NCBI GenBank assembly: GCA_041946735.1
Contig: JBHGAY010000028.1
Location: 1 to 64,000, forward strand
DNA from: Candidatus Eiseniibacteriota bacterium
Lineage (GTDB): Bacteria > Eisenbacteria > RBG-16-71-46 > CAIMUX01 > VGJL01
DNA length: 64,000 bases
Direction of reading: 5' to 3'
The notes below the pieces were generated by a model. It was not told where the DNA came from and ran no database searches. It saw only the letters and a program-made list of their open reading frames with translations. The position numbers were made by a program, and so were the translations under genes. Shown one piece after another: positions 25,154 to 35,118 of the stretch. The stretch's first letter is position 1. Each line of letters opens with the position of its first letter.

Positions 25154-27343
25154 TCAGGCGATCCCCGAAACCCAGGGACGGAGATAGATCGTTGCGTGCC
25201 CGGAGCCGTCGCGCGACAGAGTCCTCGTGAAGAGCGAATGCATGCGAAGGTGGCCGGCTGTCGAGGAGGCGTCCGCAGACTGCCAGTCGGGGAGCAACCG
25301 GCCGAGAACCGCACGGTAGGAGTCGACGCACCAGCCCTGCCCCTCGATCCAGCTCGCCACCCGCCGGCTGGTCTCCTGGGGGGTCAGCATCGGAACGGGG
25401 AACCCCGCCGCGACGGTGAGAGCGATCGCCCCCCCGCTCGAGGGATCGATGGCGAAAGCGATGCCGGAGCGGCTCCTCGATGCGAGCGACTCCCTCAGGA
25501 TCCCCGGGATCTCCGGGACGAGGAGACCGGGATCGGCTGGCAGTCCGAGCGAGGAGAGGAGGTCGGCGACGAGCACGCGCCGCCATCCGGGCAGCTGATA
25601 ATAGATCTTGCAGGCGAGCCGGCCGCCCGGCGCCAAGCCGAAGCCGACCTCGTGCGGGTAGCCGTCTGCACGCTCCAACTGGTCGAGCGCGTCTCGGACT
25701 TCCTTCGCGAGGGGCAGGCACGCCGCAGAGAGCGCCTTCTCCAGCCGCGGGCGTCCGCCGCCCCCTAGCTCCACATCCAGCAGATTCAAATAGACCTTCA
25801 GCGTCACCAGAGCGGGAAGCGCCTCGCCGCCCGATCCAACGGCGTCTGCCACCGCGTCGACGCCCCCCCAGATCCGGAACCGGGCCCCGGCGGGAACACG
25901 AGCGGCCGGGTCGAGGAGGACGCGCGCAGCGGCGGTCACTCGTCCGAGGGCATCGCCGCAGCCGAGGCGCGCCGCCTGGACGGCCAGCGTCGCTAGCCCG
26001 GAACGGGCGCGCTCGTCGCTGGAGCGCAGCGGGTCGCCGATCTCCACCGCGTAGCGCAGGGCGCGGCGGACCTGCGGAGCGGCGTCGATGGAGAACTCGA
26101 CCGGCACGCCGCCGGCCAGAGCGGAGATTTGACTCGAGGGGAATGGCGTCGGAGCCAGGAGGCTCCGGCCCGTCAGGCGGGTGAAGATACGGCGCTGCTC
26201 GCGAGCGGCTTCCTCTCCGAAGCCGAGGGTTCGCGCGAGATCCTCCACGAGCCGGTCGAGCCGGCGCCCGAGCGTGGAGCGCCGCCGTGCCGGCCCTCGA
26301 GTCGATCCGCGAGCGATCGCGCGGCTCCCGGTCGCGCCGTTGGCCTCGGCCTCGACCTCGACCTCGGGCCCTGCCTGGGCTGGCCGCCGCCCTCCGGCCG
26401 TCCCTTCGATTCCGGCCCAAGAGGGAGTGTGAAGCGCAAGCGCCCGCAGCGCCGAAGCCGTCGCGAAAAGACGTCGCGCATCGCGCGCGACGATAGAGCC
26501 GCGGGCGGAGGCCGCCGGATGGGAAGGCGGAACGCGCAGAATCTCTGCCGACCGCCAACCTCCGTCTTCCTGCTGGCGCCGTAGAAGGCGACGCGCGCAA
26601 CGCCGCGCCCCTTGATGATCGCTGACAAGCGCCCGGGCGTGCAGCGTCCAGGCAAGATCGAAGGCTGTCGCAGCGCGCTGATGGCTCGCCTGCGCCGGCG
26701 ACGCCCCTCCGTCGTCGTTCTCATCGGGCTGCAGGGCGCAGCCTGCCATCGATCCGATCTCGAGCGCCATCGCCGTCGGATAGGACGGGCTCACCCACCA
26801 AATCCCTCTCCAGAGACCGTCCTCACCACGCGAAGGCGCCAGGTAGCCGCGCCACTGCGCCTCGAGATCCGCGCTGCTCAGGCGCCGTGCGTCCGACAGT
26901 GCACGGATGGCAGCCGCAGTTACGTCCGGAGACGGGTGTGTCCATTCATGGCCGGGATCGGAGAAGTCATAGGTGCGGAAACCACCAGCCGTCCGATGTG
27001 AGAGGAGGAATGCGATCGACTCGTCCGGGACCGGTTCGCCGAGACGGGCAAGGAGCGAGACGACATGGGCCGTGGAATCGCAGTCGGCCGCGACCACTCC
27101 GTTGTACCCCCACCCGCCTCGCGGGCCTGGCCGCCCGCGCAGCCAGGCGGCGCCCTTGCGCGCTCCCTCGAGGGCCGAGGCTCGCGACGAACGCGGCAGA
27201 GAGAGACAGCGGGCGGCGGACTCCAAGGCGAGCGCGACGAACGCGGTCGCCCAGGCGTCGGAGGTTCCGACAGGGAGCCAGAAGTCGGTCCATTCGCCGG
27301 TCGATGCCTGCGCGCGTCGCAGGTATCGGATCGCGTCCCTCAT
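25154..27343 (-). CDS. Prenyltransferase/squalene-hopene-cyclase-repeat domain fused to a putative ABBA/DMATS-like prenyltransferase domain, ~729 aa
   Basis: QW-like repeats 'LRRAQASTGEW' and 'RQQEDGGW', and 'GGWGYN...ADCDST'. The C-terminal half has 'VPVEFS', 'LRYAVE', 'LKVYL' and 'CKIYY'. The long ORF extension to 28252 overlaps real genes, so the start is uncertain. Confidence 0.65.
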   Translation of the reverse strand: MRDAIRYLRRAQASTGEWTDFWLPVGTSDAWATAFVALALESAARCLSLPRSSRASALEGARKGAAWLRGRPGPRGGWGYNGVVAADCDSTAHVVSLLARLGEPVPDESIAFLLSHRTAGGFRTYDFSDPGHEWTHPSPDVTAAAIRALSDARRLSSADLEAQWRGYLAPSRGEDGLWRGIWWVSPSYPTAMALEIGSMAGCALQPDENDDGGASPAQASHQRAATAFDLAWTLHARALVSDHQGARRCARRLLRRQQEDGGWRSAEILRVPPSHPAASARGSIVARDARRLFATASALRALALHTPSWAGIEGTAGGRRPAQAGPEVEVEAEANGATGSRAIARGSTRGPARRRSTLGRRLDRLVEDLARTLGFGEEAAREQRRIFTRLTGRSLLAPTPFPSSQISALAGGVPVEFSIDAAPQVRRALRYAVEIGDPLRSSDERARSGLATLAVQAARLGCGDALGRVTAAARVLLDPAARVPAGARFRIWGGVDAVADAVGSGGEALPALVTLKVYLNLLDVELGGGGRPRLEKALSAACLPLAKEVRDALDQLERADGYPHEVGFGLAPGGRLACKIYYQLPGWRRVLVADLLSSLGLPADPGLLVPEIPGILRESLASRSRSGIAFAIDPSSGGAIALTVAAGFPVPMLTPQETSRRVASWIEGQGWCVDSYRAVLGRLLPDWQSADASSTAGHLRMHSLFTRTLSRDGSGHATIYLRPWVSGIA

Positions 27344-27414
27344 GGCGCGGGCCGGATCGAGAGCGATCGGCGAAGGGCGCGAATCGCCCCTCAGGCAGTG
27401 CGGGTTGGGCAAGC

Positions 27415-27912
27415 TCAGACGTTCTTCTCGAGGAGCTTCGCCACCTCCATCTTCCCTTCGAGGACGGCGAGCTGCTGCAGTAGGCTCAGAGGCTGCCAGC
27501 ACGTGCGGATCCCCGCGATTCGGCCACCGTCGATCCCGAAGAGGGTGATCGCGGACCCTACGATCCTTCGACCGGTGGGCGCGATCTCCGCCCCCCCGGT
27601 GAGACCCATTCCGAGGCGAACGGCGCCCTCGTGCGTCCCGACCGCGTTCCACCAGACAGCTACCGCGTCTCCCTCCGCGAGCATGCTCTCCACCTCCACG
27701 CGAAGATCGGGGAACGCGGTCCGATTCGCGCGGATCTCGACCCACAGCGACTGCCCCATGCCCGAGACGCGCGTGGGGCCGACGATCGGATCCTCGTCGT
27801 AGCGGAACCCGGAAGTCAGGAGGGTCGAGGCCGAATCCGTCGTCTCCCCGGCAGCCCCCCATGCCTCTTCGAGGAACCGGCGAGCCAGCGCCTTGTTTTC
27901 CTCGGTCGCCAT
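27415..27912 (-). CDS. SnoaL-like ester cyclase (NTF2 fold), 165 aa
   Basis: RBS AGGAGG. 'EENKALARRFLEEAW', 'AFPDL', 'LAEGDAV', 'GTHEG', 'APTGRRI'. Confidence 0.88.
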   Translation of the reverse strand: MATEENKALARRFLEEAWGAAGETTDSASTLLTSGFRYDEDPIVGPTRVSGMGQSLWVEIRANRTAFPDLRVEVESMLAEGDAVAVWWNAVGTHEGAVRLGMGLTGGAEIAPTGRRIVGSAITLFGIDGGRIAGIRTCWQPLSLLQQLAVLEGKMEVAKLLEKNV

Positions 27913-28061
27913 TGCGACCTCCTTTCTGCGCGGCCTCTCCTTGCTCCGGCCGTCGCCCCCGGCCGGCGCCCTCGTTCAGCGCCCCCGGCCGGCGCCCTGG
28001 TCGTCGCCCCCGATCGTGGCCCCCAGTCGTCGCACCTGCCCGTTCCCGGTCTATCCTCCGG

Positions 28062-30290
28062 TCAGTCCCCTTCGGGCGGATTGGGGAAGGCGAACAGCGA
28101 AGTGCCCTCGCCATCCTTCTCGGCGCTCCACTGTCCCTCGTGATCGAAGTAGACATTCTGCACCTGATAGCGATACGTCGCGAGGCGCGCGGCGTCCGTG
28201 GCGAGGATCTCCTGCAAGCTGCGCTGCAGAGTGATCTGCGCCGCAGCGGCATCCTTGGCGAGAACCACGATCTCCGGGGCGAAGCCGGCGCGCGTGACCT
28301 TCACCTTGATTCGGAAAAGGTTCTGCAGCTTCTCAGGGAGCGCCGGCTGCTGGAAAACGGGACTCTCGACGGTGATCTTCCAGGCGAGCGCCGCGGCGGG
28401 AACGAGCTCGTGGATCCGCTCGAGGGTCTTCTTCGGCGCCTCGACGAGATTCAGCGTCACAAGTTCCGCCTGCACCGCATTCCACCACTGCTCCTCCCGC
28501 TCGGCTTTCGGCTTGAGCTTCACCGCGAGCGAGCCCTTCCCCGCGATCCGGGCCGGAAAAGCGGGACTCTCGAGGAGCGCCTCGTACACCTCCAGCGGGG
28601 CGACGGAGTTCGAATCGTACTGCAGGAGGCGCGGGACGCATCCGCCGACCTCCACCTCCTGGGAACTGGCGTTCGCGATCTCCATGGCGAGAGGGGACAA
28701 CAGATCCTCCGGGATTCGCACCTCGAGCGGCAGCCCGGCCAGATCGTCGAACGAGAGCCGCACGGGGACGCGCCGCTCGAGCACGACCGGAGGCGCCCCC
28801 TCGGACGCCGGCGCGCGCGACTCGAGCCGCACCGTCACCTCCCCGGTCAAGCCCGGGGAGTTCTCCGTCACGAGGAGATCGGCGAGAAACTTGTAGAACG
28901 ACAGGCTCAGATCGAGAGTGAGCTGAAAGCCGTTCTCGAGGCTCACGACCGGCTCCCCGCCGCCGCCATCGAGGATCCGGATCTCTTCCGGGAAGGCGCT
29001 CGTCAGTCGCAGCCTCGCCTCCTCATAGCCTCCCGTCACGACGCTCGGCGAGGCGAGCTCGCCGCCCGTCGAGACACGCAGGAAGTCGCGCAGCTTGACG
29101 AGCTGCTGAGGATCGTGCCACGGCATGGCTCCGATCGACACGCGCACGCGCACCTCATCCTGATCGGTGCGATAGAGATTCGGGACGACGTACGGAGTCT
29201 GCATCTCGGTATGGAACGCGAGGCGGATCTCGTCGGGCAGCCGGAACACCGTGTTCGGGAAGGAAGCGCGCCGGATCATCCCAAACCCGCTGTCGGTCCA
29301 GCGGTCGGTCAAGCTCGTGTCTCCAAGGATCGCTGCGTAGATTCGGCGGTTCGCCTCGATCTGGGGATCGAACGTGAAAGGAACGATCCTCTCCAGCGTG
29401 GCGTTGTGGAAATTCGGCTTCGACTGCCGACCCCGCTGCGCCTCGACGATCTCCCGAAGCCTCGATGCGTCGCGCAGCGCGATGACACGAGTGAAAGCGC
29501 CGCGCGCCGTCGCCGGCCGCGCCGCCGCCACCCCGGCCGCAGCCCGAGCGACAGACGGCGTCCCGGCGCCGGCAGCCCGAAGGAAGCCCGCACGCCTGTG
29601 GTCCCGGATGTGCGCGCCGGCCCAAGTCGTACCTCCGCCACCGCCGCCGGACGCCCGATCCGGACCCGGACCCGGATCCGGATCGTCCGTCCAGTAGCCG
29701 TACGAGAGAACCGCCCGGAGAGCCGCCCCCGAAGTGGGAATGCTCAGCGCCTGGTGGATCGCTTCGACCTCTTGCGGCTGCAACTCCGCAGCCACTCGGA
29801 CCTCGAAGTTCGGATGCGTGGGGTCCTGCGGATCGTCCGTCGCGACCAGGGTCGGCTGCGCGAAGTCCCTCTGCTGCGCTTGCCCCTGTGTGTCCTTCCA
29901 GCGCAGCTGCACGCTCTCGAGTTTCACATTGAACGGCTCGGCATTCGCCGGGAGACCGGCGGGCGGAGACTCCTCGAGAATGAGCTGCAGCCATACCTTC
30001 CCCTGCGCATCCTTGAGGAGCCGCACATCCGGCCCGGGCAGGTCGCCGGCGCGCTGCGCCACCCGCAAGGAGGGGCGATAGAGCGGAAGCCCCTCCTTCG
30101 ACATGTAGGCGCGGCCATCCTGTAGCGGCTCCTCCTGCGGCGCGAAGTGGGGCGCCTTCTCGTCCCCCGCGACCGCCGAGAGGTAGCGCACACGAGCATA
30201 CGGAAGCGCGACGGCGAGCCGGGTCGCGACGGCCGGCTCCGTGGCCGCCATCCGGAGGCTCCCGATCTCCAGCGTGCTCTTTGCTGCCAT
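28062..30290 (-). CDS. Hypothetical protein, probable divergent member of the paralog family, ~742 aa
   Basis: Coding-like codon bias and RBS GGAGGG. Internal 'RRASFPNTVFRLPDEIRLA' resembles the family motif, and the C-terminal 'YRYQVQNVYFD..G.W' resembles the family beta module. Confidence 0.75.
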   Translation of the reverse strand: MAAKSTLEIGSLRMAATEPAVATRLAVALPYARVRYLSAVAGDEKAPHFAPQEEPLQDGRAYMSKEGLPLYRPSLRVAQRAGDLPGPDVRLLKDAQGKVWLQLILEESPPAGLPANAEPFNVKLESVQLRWKDTQGQAQQRDFAQPTLVATDDPQDPTHPNFEVRVAAELQPQEVEAIHQALSIPTSGAALRAVLSYGYWTDDPDPGPGPDRASGGGGGGTTWAGAHIRDHRRAGFLRAAGAGTPSVARAAAGVAAARPATARGAFTRVIALRDASRLREIVEAQRGRQSKPNFHNATLERIVPFTFDPQIEANRRIYAAILGDTSLTDRWTDSGFGMIRRASFPNTVFRLPDEIRLAFHTEMQTPYVVPNLYRTDQDEVRVRVSIGAMPWHDPQQLVKLRDFLRVSTGGELASPSVVTGGYEEARLRLTSAFPEEIRILDGGGGEPVVSLENGFQLTLDLSLSFYKFLADLLVTENSPGLTGEVTVRLESRAPASEGAPPVVLERRVPVRLSFDDLAGLPLEVRIPEDLLSPLAMEIANASSQEVEVGGCVPRLLQYDSNSVAPLEVYEALLESPAFPARIAGKGSLAVKLKPKAEREEQWWNAVQAELVTLNLVEAPKKTLERIHELVPAAALAWKITVESPVFQQPALPEKLQNLFRIKVKVTRAGFAPEIVVLAKDAAAAQITLQRSLQEILATDAARLATYRYQVQNVYFDHEGQWSAEKDGEGTSLFAFPNPPEGD

Positions 30291-30310
30291 ACGGTTCCCC
30301 TCCCGGCGGG

Positions 30311-32578
30311 CTACTGGATCACCAGCACCGCCTCTTCGGTGGTCTTCCAATCGTCTTCCCGATTGTCCGTGGCCGCTGCGGCGACGAGCTTGATCCGGTA
30401 CTGATAGCTCTTCTTCGACCGGTCGCGGAGCAGGACCCTCCAGCTCTGGTCGGCGGAGGTAGCCTGCTGGAACGTGAAGCTCTTCGCTTCATGAACCGCG
30501 TTCGCGTCGTCGTCGTACTTCAGCGAGACGATCGCGATCTTGTACTTCGACCAGTCGACCAGGCTCCCGATGACCGTGACGTCGAGCGCGTCGACCGCTC
30601 CCACTCCGACCGGGATCGTCTGGCCGAGCGTGCCGGCGAGACCCTTCTGCTCCTGGCGAGATCCGTTCTTGAACACGACGATGACGTCATAGGAGAACTG
30701 CAGCTTGTTCGGATCCCGGAGCCCGAGCGACCAGGCCACCGACTCGCCGTTGCTCGCCATCTCCCCGTGGAAGTTGGTCGCCAGGTCGTTGGCGGCATCC
30801 TCGTAGCGCGCGTCGACCAGCACCTTGTCCACCACGCTGAAGTCGGCCTGCGCGAGGAAACGGGTGTTCATCGTCCGCTCGAACGGATCGGGAACGACGA
30901 GCACCTCCGCCTGGCTCTCCTGCTCCTGCGTCTCCATCTTCTGCCCGTCCGCAAGGGTGTAGACGAACTTGTAGCGGTACGGCCCAGGCTCTCCGGTCTT
31001 CCCGGTGTAGGTGAAGTACGAGGCGGTCGGCTTCTCCCGTGTCATCTCGAACTGCTGCTGCGCCGTTGGCGAGGAGATCCCGGGATAGTTCACCTGCGCC
31101 TGCACCGACTTGACGTTGTCGGGGAGACTGCCGAGCGTCAGATTCACCTTGACGAAGCCGAGGCGGCGGTAGGAGATCACGAGCTGCCGCTCGCGCGACT
31201 CGATCGCGCCCGACGGCGGGATCCGGATCGCCTGCCCCGTGTCCTTGTAGGTCACCTCGCTCCAGTAGCGGTAACTGTCCTTCGGCGCCCCGTCGCTCCC
31301 CTTCGCGAGCACGACGCGCCACCGGCCGATCTGGTCCGCCTGCTTGAACAGGAAGTCCTTCGCGCGCTTGATCTGCTCCCCGCGCACGTCGTCCTTCTGG
31401 TCGTAGTCCAGCGACACCTTGAGCGCGAAGACCGGGTCCTCGGTGAAGTTCACGTTCGGGTGGACGGTGACGTCCAGCTCCTGGAAGAACGTCTGGCTCA
31501 GATCGACGTAGATCGTGTTCGCCTTGATCTCCTCGGTCGTCATGGCGTTGAACAGCAGGGCATTCGGATTCGCCTGCTTCTCGACGATCTGTGAGCGGGT
31601 GATCGTCATGTCGATGCTTCCCCGGAACGACTCGTGCACCGGGATCATCGCGTGCGGGTCCTTCTCCTGCTGCCCAACGTCCTTCAGCGCCTGCTCGAAG
31701 AAGGCGGGAAGGATGTTCGACTGGATGATGCTGAAGGCCATCTCCTCCAGCTTGTCCTTCATCTCGTTCCGCTCGTCGCTCGGCAGCGAGCTGTCGTCGA
31801 CCTCGATCCGGAGATTGTGGAACTCGCTCCGGAACTTGCTGATACTCGACAGCTCCGACCATGTGGTGGTCCAGCGTCGTTCCGACAGCGTGAATCCTAG
31901 GAACTCGGTCCGCTGGATGTGCGTCCAGGTCTTCGTGACGTAGTTCTTCACCTCGTCGTAGAACGCGCCTCTGTCGCCAACGACCCGGATCGTGATTGCG
32001 GGAATGCGCGCCGCGAACTTCAGGTTGTACCAGACCCCCGAAGGGTTCTTCCCCTTCTCCACCGACTGCCGGAACAGCTCCGCTCCGTTCTGATCGAGAT
32101 GCGCCGTGAAGCTCGCCACGTTCGTTCCGATGAGCGACGGGACGCTCGATCCCGCCGCCTTGATCACCATGTCCTCCGGCACGACGCGGAAGTCGACCTT
32201 CCCATCGAGCCACAGGGGCGGGTATCCGAGCTCCGGCTCCGCCGATGCGACCAGGTTCCGCAGGAAGCGGAAGCGGCGCGACCGCTCGTCCGCCAGCTTC
32301 TGCCGCAAGAAGGCGCGGATCTTCTCCTCCGCCTCCTTCGTCACGGCCGCCTGGGTCGTCATCGCCACGTATCCGCGCTCCACCTCCAGCTGATCGGCGG
32401 GGAGCTTGTCCACGTCGCGCGCATAGAGGATGAAGAGAAAGATCGGATGCCCCTCGTCGTCGCGAGCCACGGTCGCGCGCTCGGAGACCATGTAGAACCG
32501 GTGCGGGACCTGGTCGTCCCGGTAGATCTTCACATTCGGGACATCGGGGACGTCGAACGAATCGTACAAGGTAAGCAT
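30311..32578 (-). CDS. Uncharacterised paralog-family protein, ~755 aa
   Basis: RBS GGAGGAG. N-terminal 'IYRDDQVPHRFYMV...VARDDEGHPIFLFILY...RGYV'. Repeated C-terminal beta modules. Confidence 0.85.
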   Translation of the reverse strand: MLTLYDSFDVPDVPNVKIYRDDQVPHRFYMVSERATVARDDEGHPIFLFILYARDVDKLPADQLEVERGYVAMTTQAAVTKEAEEKIRAFLRQKLADERSRRFRFLRNLVASAEPELGYPPLWLDGKVDFRVVPEDMVIKAAGSSVPSLIGTNVASFTAHLDQNGAELFRQSVEKGKNPSGVWYNLKFAARIPAITIRVVGDRGAFYDEVKNYVTKTWTHIQRTEFLGFTLSERRWTTTWSELSSISKFRSEFHNLRIEVDDSSLPSDERNEMKDKLEEMAFSIIQSNILPAFFEQALKDVGQQEKDPHAMIPVHESFRGSIDMTITRSQIVEKQANPNALLFNAMTTEEIKANTIYVDLSQTFFQELDVTVHPNVNFTEDPVFALKVSLDYDQKDDVRGEQIKRAKDFLFKQADQIGRWRVVLAKGSDGAPKDSYRYWSEVTYKDTGQAIRIPPSGAIESRERQLVISYRRLGFVKVNLTLGSLPDNVKSVQAQVNYPGISSPTAQQQFEMTREKPTASYFTYTGKTGEPGPYRYKFVYTLADGQKMETQEQESQAEVLVVPDPFERTMNTRFLAQADFSVVDKVLVDARYEDAANDLATNFHGEMASNGESVAWSLGLRDPNKLQFSYDVIVVFKNGSRQEQKGLAGTLGQTIPVGVGAVDALDVTVIGSLVDWSKYKIAIVSLKYDDDANAVHEAKSFTFQQATSADQSWRVLLRDRSKKSYQYRIKLVAAAATDNREDDWKTTEEAVLVIQ

Positions 32579-32665
32579 CCGGATCTCCTCCTGCCGTTCT
32601 CCTTGGGATGGTGCGGCGCCGATCATCGAATCCGCGGCCACGTGCGCCCGCCCGCAAGCGGCGTT

Positions 32666-33391
32666 CTAGCCTCCCAGCTCCTGCATCGCCGCTCGCGCTT
32701 CGGCCCGGCTCAGCCGCAGCGGCCCCTCCGCCTCGATCGGGAACGGCACCGCGGTCGTCGATTCGATCGACGACCGGACCCGAGACTCATCGACGCTCTC
32801 GTACCCCGGCCCTCGGACCTCGGTCGAGCGTGTCGCTTCGCCGCCGGAGCGCGTCTTCCGCGCCGCATGCCCGGACAGCCGGTAGCGAATCGTCGCCCCC
32901 TCCAGCCCTGCCTCCCAGTGCCGCCTCAGTCGGCCCGCCCCTTCCGAATCGAAGCTCGCCGTGATCGCAGCCTCGTTGCCGCCGAGCAGCGACGGGGTCC
33001 CACGCAGGCTCGTCCCTTCCCCGAGCCGGACGTCCACCTCTCCGGCGCTCCATTCGGGCGAGACCACCTGCACGTCCAGCCGTGCCCCGGCGGGAAGGCC
33101 GCGCTCGCGGCGGAGCCTCTCTGCGATCGCCGACCGGATCGCCTCGACCTCGGCCTCCTTCAAGGCGAATCGCGTCGTCAGCGTGAGGTAGGCGCCGGCC
33201 GGCTGGAACAGGCCCCCGACCTTCCGCCCGTGCACCAGAAGGGAGATCGCGGGCGCTCCGTCCGCCGATCGAGCCAGCTCCGGAGCGGCGGGGAAGGCAT
33301 AGAACCGCTCCGCGCTCCGGTCGTCCGCGAAGACCCTTACACCGGGCGCTCCCGCAGCCGCGATCGGCCGATTCGGATCGAGCATCGCCAC
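32666..33391 (-). CDS. Short paralog-family protein (N-terminal domain only), 241 aa
   Basis: 'VFADDRSAERFYAFPAAPELARSADGAPAISLL...GAYLTLTT', 'GTPSLLGGNEA'. Lacks the C-terminal repeats. Confidence 0.8.
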   Translation of the reverse strand: MAMLDPNRPIAAAGAPGVRVFADDRSAERFYAFPAAPELARSADGAPAISLLVHGRKVGGLFQPAGAYLTLTTRFALKEAEVEAIRSAIAERLRRERGLPAGARLDVQVVSPEWSAGEVDVRLGEGTSLRGTPSLLGGNEAAITASFDSEGAGRLRRHWEAGLEGATIRYRLSGHAARKTRSGGEATRSTEVRGPGYESVDESRVRSSIESTTAVPFPIEAEGPLRLSRAEARAAMQELGG

Positions 33392-33399
33392 GCCTCCCG

Positions 33400-35106
33400 T
33401 CAGGGTCCGGATCGCCCGCCACCGCCACCGCCTCCTCCGCCGCCGGATCGATCGTCGCCTCCACCTCCACCGGTCCCGGCATCACCGCCGCCGCCTCCGA
33501 CCGCCGCGGCTCCCGACATGCTCATCAACGCCTTCACGAGGTGGGTGCCCCAGGTGACCGTCGAGTTGACGTCCATCAGCTCGTCGAGCTGCAGGACGTC
33601 ATCTCCCGTGAGGCTCTTCTCCTTGAAGAAGCTGCCGGCCGGGAAGATCGGTGCCCGCCAGAACAGCAGGGAGTTCGCCGCACCCGATCCCTGCATCGGG
33701 ATCGCGAACCACTTCGCGATCGCCGCGTCGATGTCGGGATTCGACGACTTCAGGTGGAAGTTCCACATTTCGGTGCGATACTCGCGGACCCCCTTGTCCT
33801 CCTCGTCCATGAAGGCGACGGAGTGCTCGATGTCGGTGTAGAGGCTGCGCCGCATCGCGTTCGCCGACCCGATCAGGGCCCACTGGTCGTCGACGATCGT
33901 CGACTTCGGGTGGATCAGCCGGCCCGTTCCGAACACCTCCTTCGACCGATCGAGGAACAGGCCGATGCGCCCTGCCTGAGCGGCGGTGAGGCCATCCAAG
34001 AGGTCCTTGTTCACGGCCACGTGGAAGGCGTGCGCGAGCGCATCGGGGTTCGGGGCGGTCGGATCGTCCGCTCCCGCCACAAGGATCACCTTCAGCTCGT
34101 TGTTCGCCTTGACCGCCGTGTTGATCCACTGGAAGACCTCGGCCGAGGAGAACGCCTGATCCTCGATATAGATGTACTTGCGCGCCCCCTTGATCGCCTT
34201 CTCCCACACCGCTTTGATCTCCTGCGCCCCGTTCGGAGCGAAAGAGAGCGGCTTGTTGCCCGGAATCGACGGACCGATCGAGAACATCGACGGCGAGTGG
34301 ATCTTCATCTGCGGCAGCGTGCGCACGCTCTGCACGTGCATCTTCCCGCCGGTGCTCGTCAGCTTTCGGGCCGGCAAGTCGGGCATCGATGTCGTGTGAC
34401 TGTCGGCGATCGCCGTCGCGCCGTTGGGATGGAACGCTCGCAACTTGGGGCTGACCGGACGGCTCCTCACCTCGTTCCACATCGCGCGGAACAGCTCGAA
34501 CGGGCCTTCCACGGCTGGCCCGGTCACCATCGCCTGGACGTCGTGCCAGACTCGCTGGATGTGGCGGGTCTCCTCCAGGTCGAGCCCTCCGGTGTACGCC
34601 TCCGCCCAGCTCTTCCCGGTCAGGATGACCATCTTCGTATGGACCGCTCCGGCGGGATGCGGAAGAATGTTCAGCACCGCCTTGTGCTTCAGGGTGGCTT
34701 CGGTGCGCAGCTCGTTGATGAAGTCGATCGTGTCGGAGTTCATCGTCATCCCGAAGAGACCTGCGCCGACCGCCGCCACCTGCGGATGGTTCAAGACGTC
34801 CGGGGCCATCACCCACCCGAGAACGCGGACGTCGACCCCCGCCGCCGACTTCGTCTTCAGCACGCTCGTCAACGTCGGGGTCTTGCGAAGGCCATCGAGC
34901 GAGAAGTTGGGCCCGAGCCACCAGCCGGCGATGTAGACAGCGGTCAGGTCGGTCCGCGCGAGCGAGGCCTTCAGCTGATCGAAGTAGGCTTTTCCGCCGG
35001 AGCTGTTGTAGATCAGGGCTTTCACCTTGCTGTCGGTGAACGTCTTGATCGCCGGGGAGGACCCCGAGTACATCAACCTCTGCTTCGCCTCGTCGAAGTT
35101 GGCCAT
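33400..35106 (-). CDS. Phospholipase D superfamily protein, 568 aa
   Basis: 'VYIAGW', HxK motif 1 'HTKMVILT...TGGLD', 'WHDVQ', 'IYIEDQ', HKD motif 2 'HPKSTIVDD..ALIGSAN'. Gly-rich tail. Confidence 0.88.
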   Translation of the reverse strand: MANFDEAKQRLMYSGSSPAIKTFTDSKVKALIYNSSGGKAYFDQLKASLARTDLTAVYIAGWWLGPNFSLDGLRKTPTLTSVLKTKSAAGVDVRVLGWVMAPDVLNHPQVAAVGAGLFGMTMNSDTIDFINELRTEATLKHKAVLNILPHPAGAVHTKMVILTGKSWAEAYTGGLDLEETRHIQRVWHDVQAMVTGPAVEGPFELFRAMWNEVRSRPVSPKLRAFHPNGATAIADSHTTSMPDLPARKLTSTGGKMHVQSVRTLPQMKIHSPSMFSIGPSIPGNKPLSFAPNGAQEIKAVWEKAIKGARKYIYIEDQAFSSAEVFQWINTAVKANNELKVILVAGADDPTAPNPDALAHAFHVAVNKDLLDGLTAAQAGRIGLFLDRSKEVFGTGRLIHPKSTIVDDQWALIGSANAMRRSLYTDIEHSVAFMDEEDKGVREYRTEMWNFHLKSSNPDIDAAIAKWFAIPMQGSGAANSLLFWRAPIFPAGSFFKEKSLTGDDVLQLDELMDVNSTVTWGTHLVKALMSMSGAAAVGGGGGDAGTGGGGGDDRSGGGGGGGGGGRSGP

Positions 35107-35118
35107 CGGGTCCTCCGC

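Noticed and set aside
27945..28015. GC-rich direct repeats (CGCCCCCGGCCGGCGCCCT x2) in an intergenic gap
   Set aside because: Only two full copies in very GC-rich sequence, with no supportable function.
27344..28252. N-terminal 300-aa extension of the 1032-aa ORF
   Set aside because: It overlaps the SnoaL gene and the end of the 28062 gene in other frames and is low-complexity. The real start is near 27343-27412.
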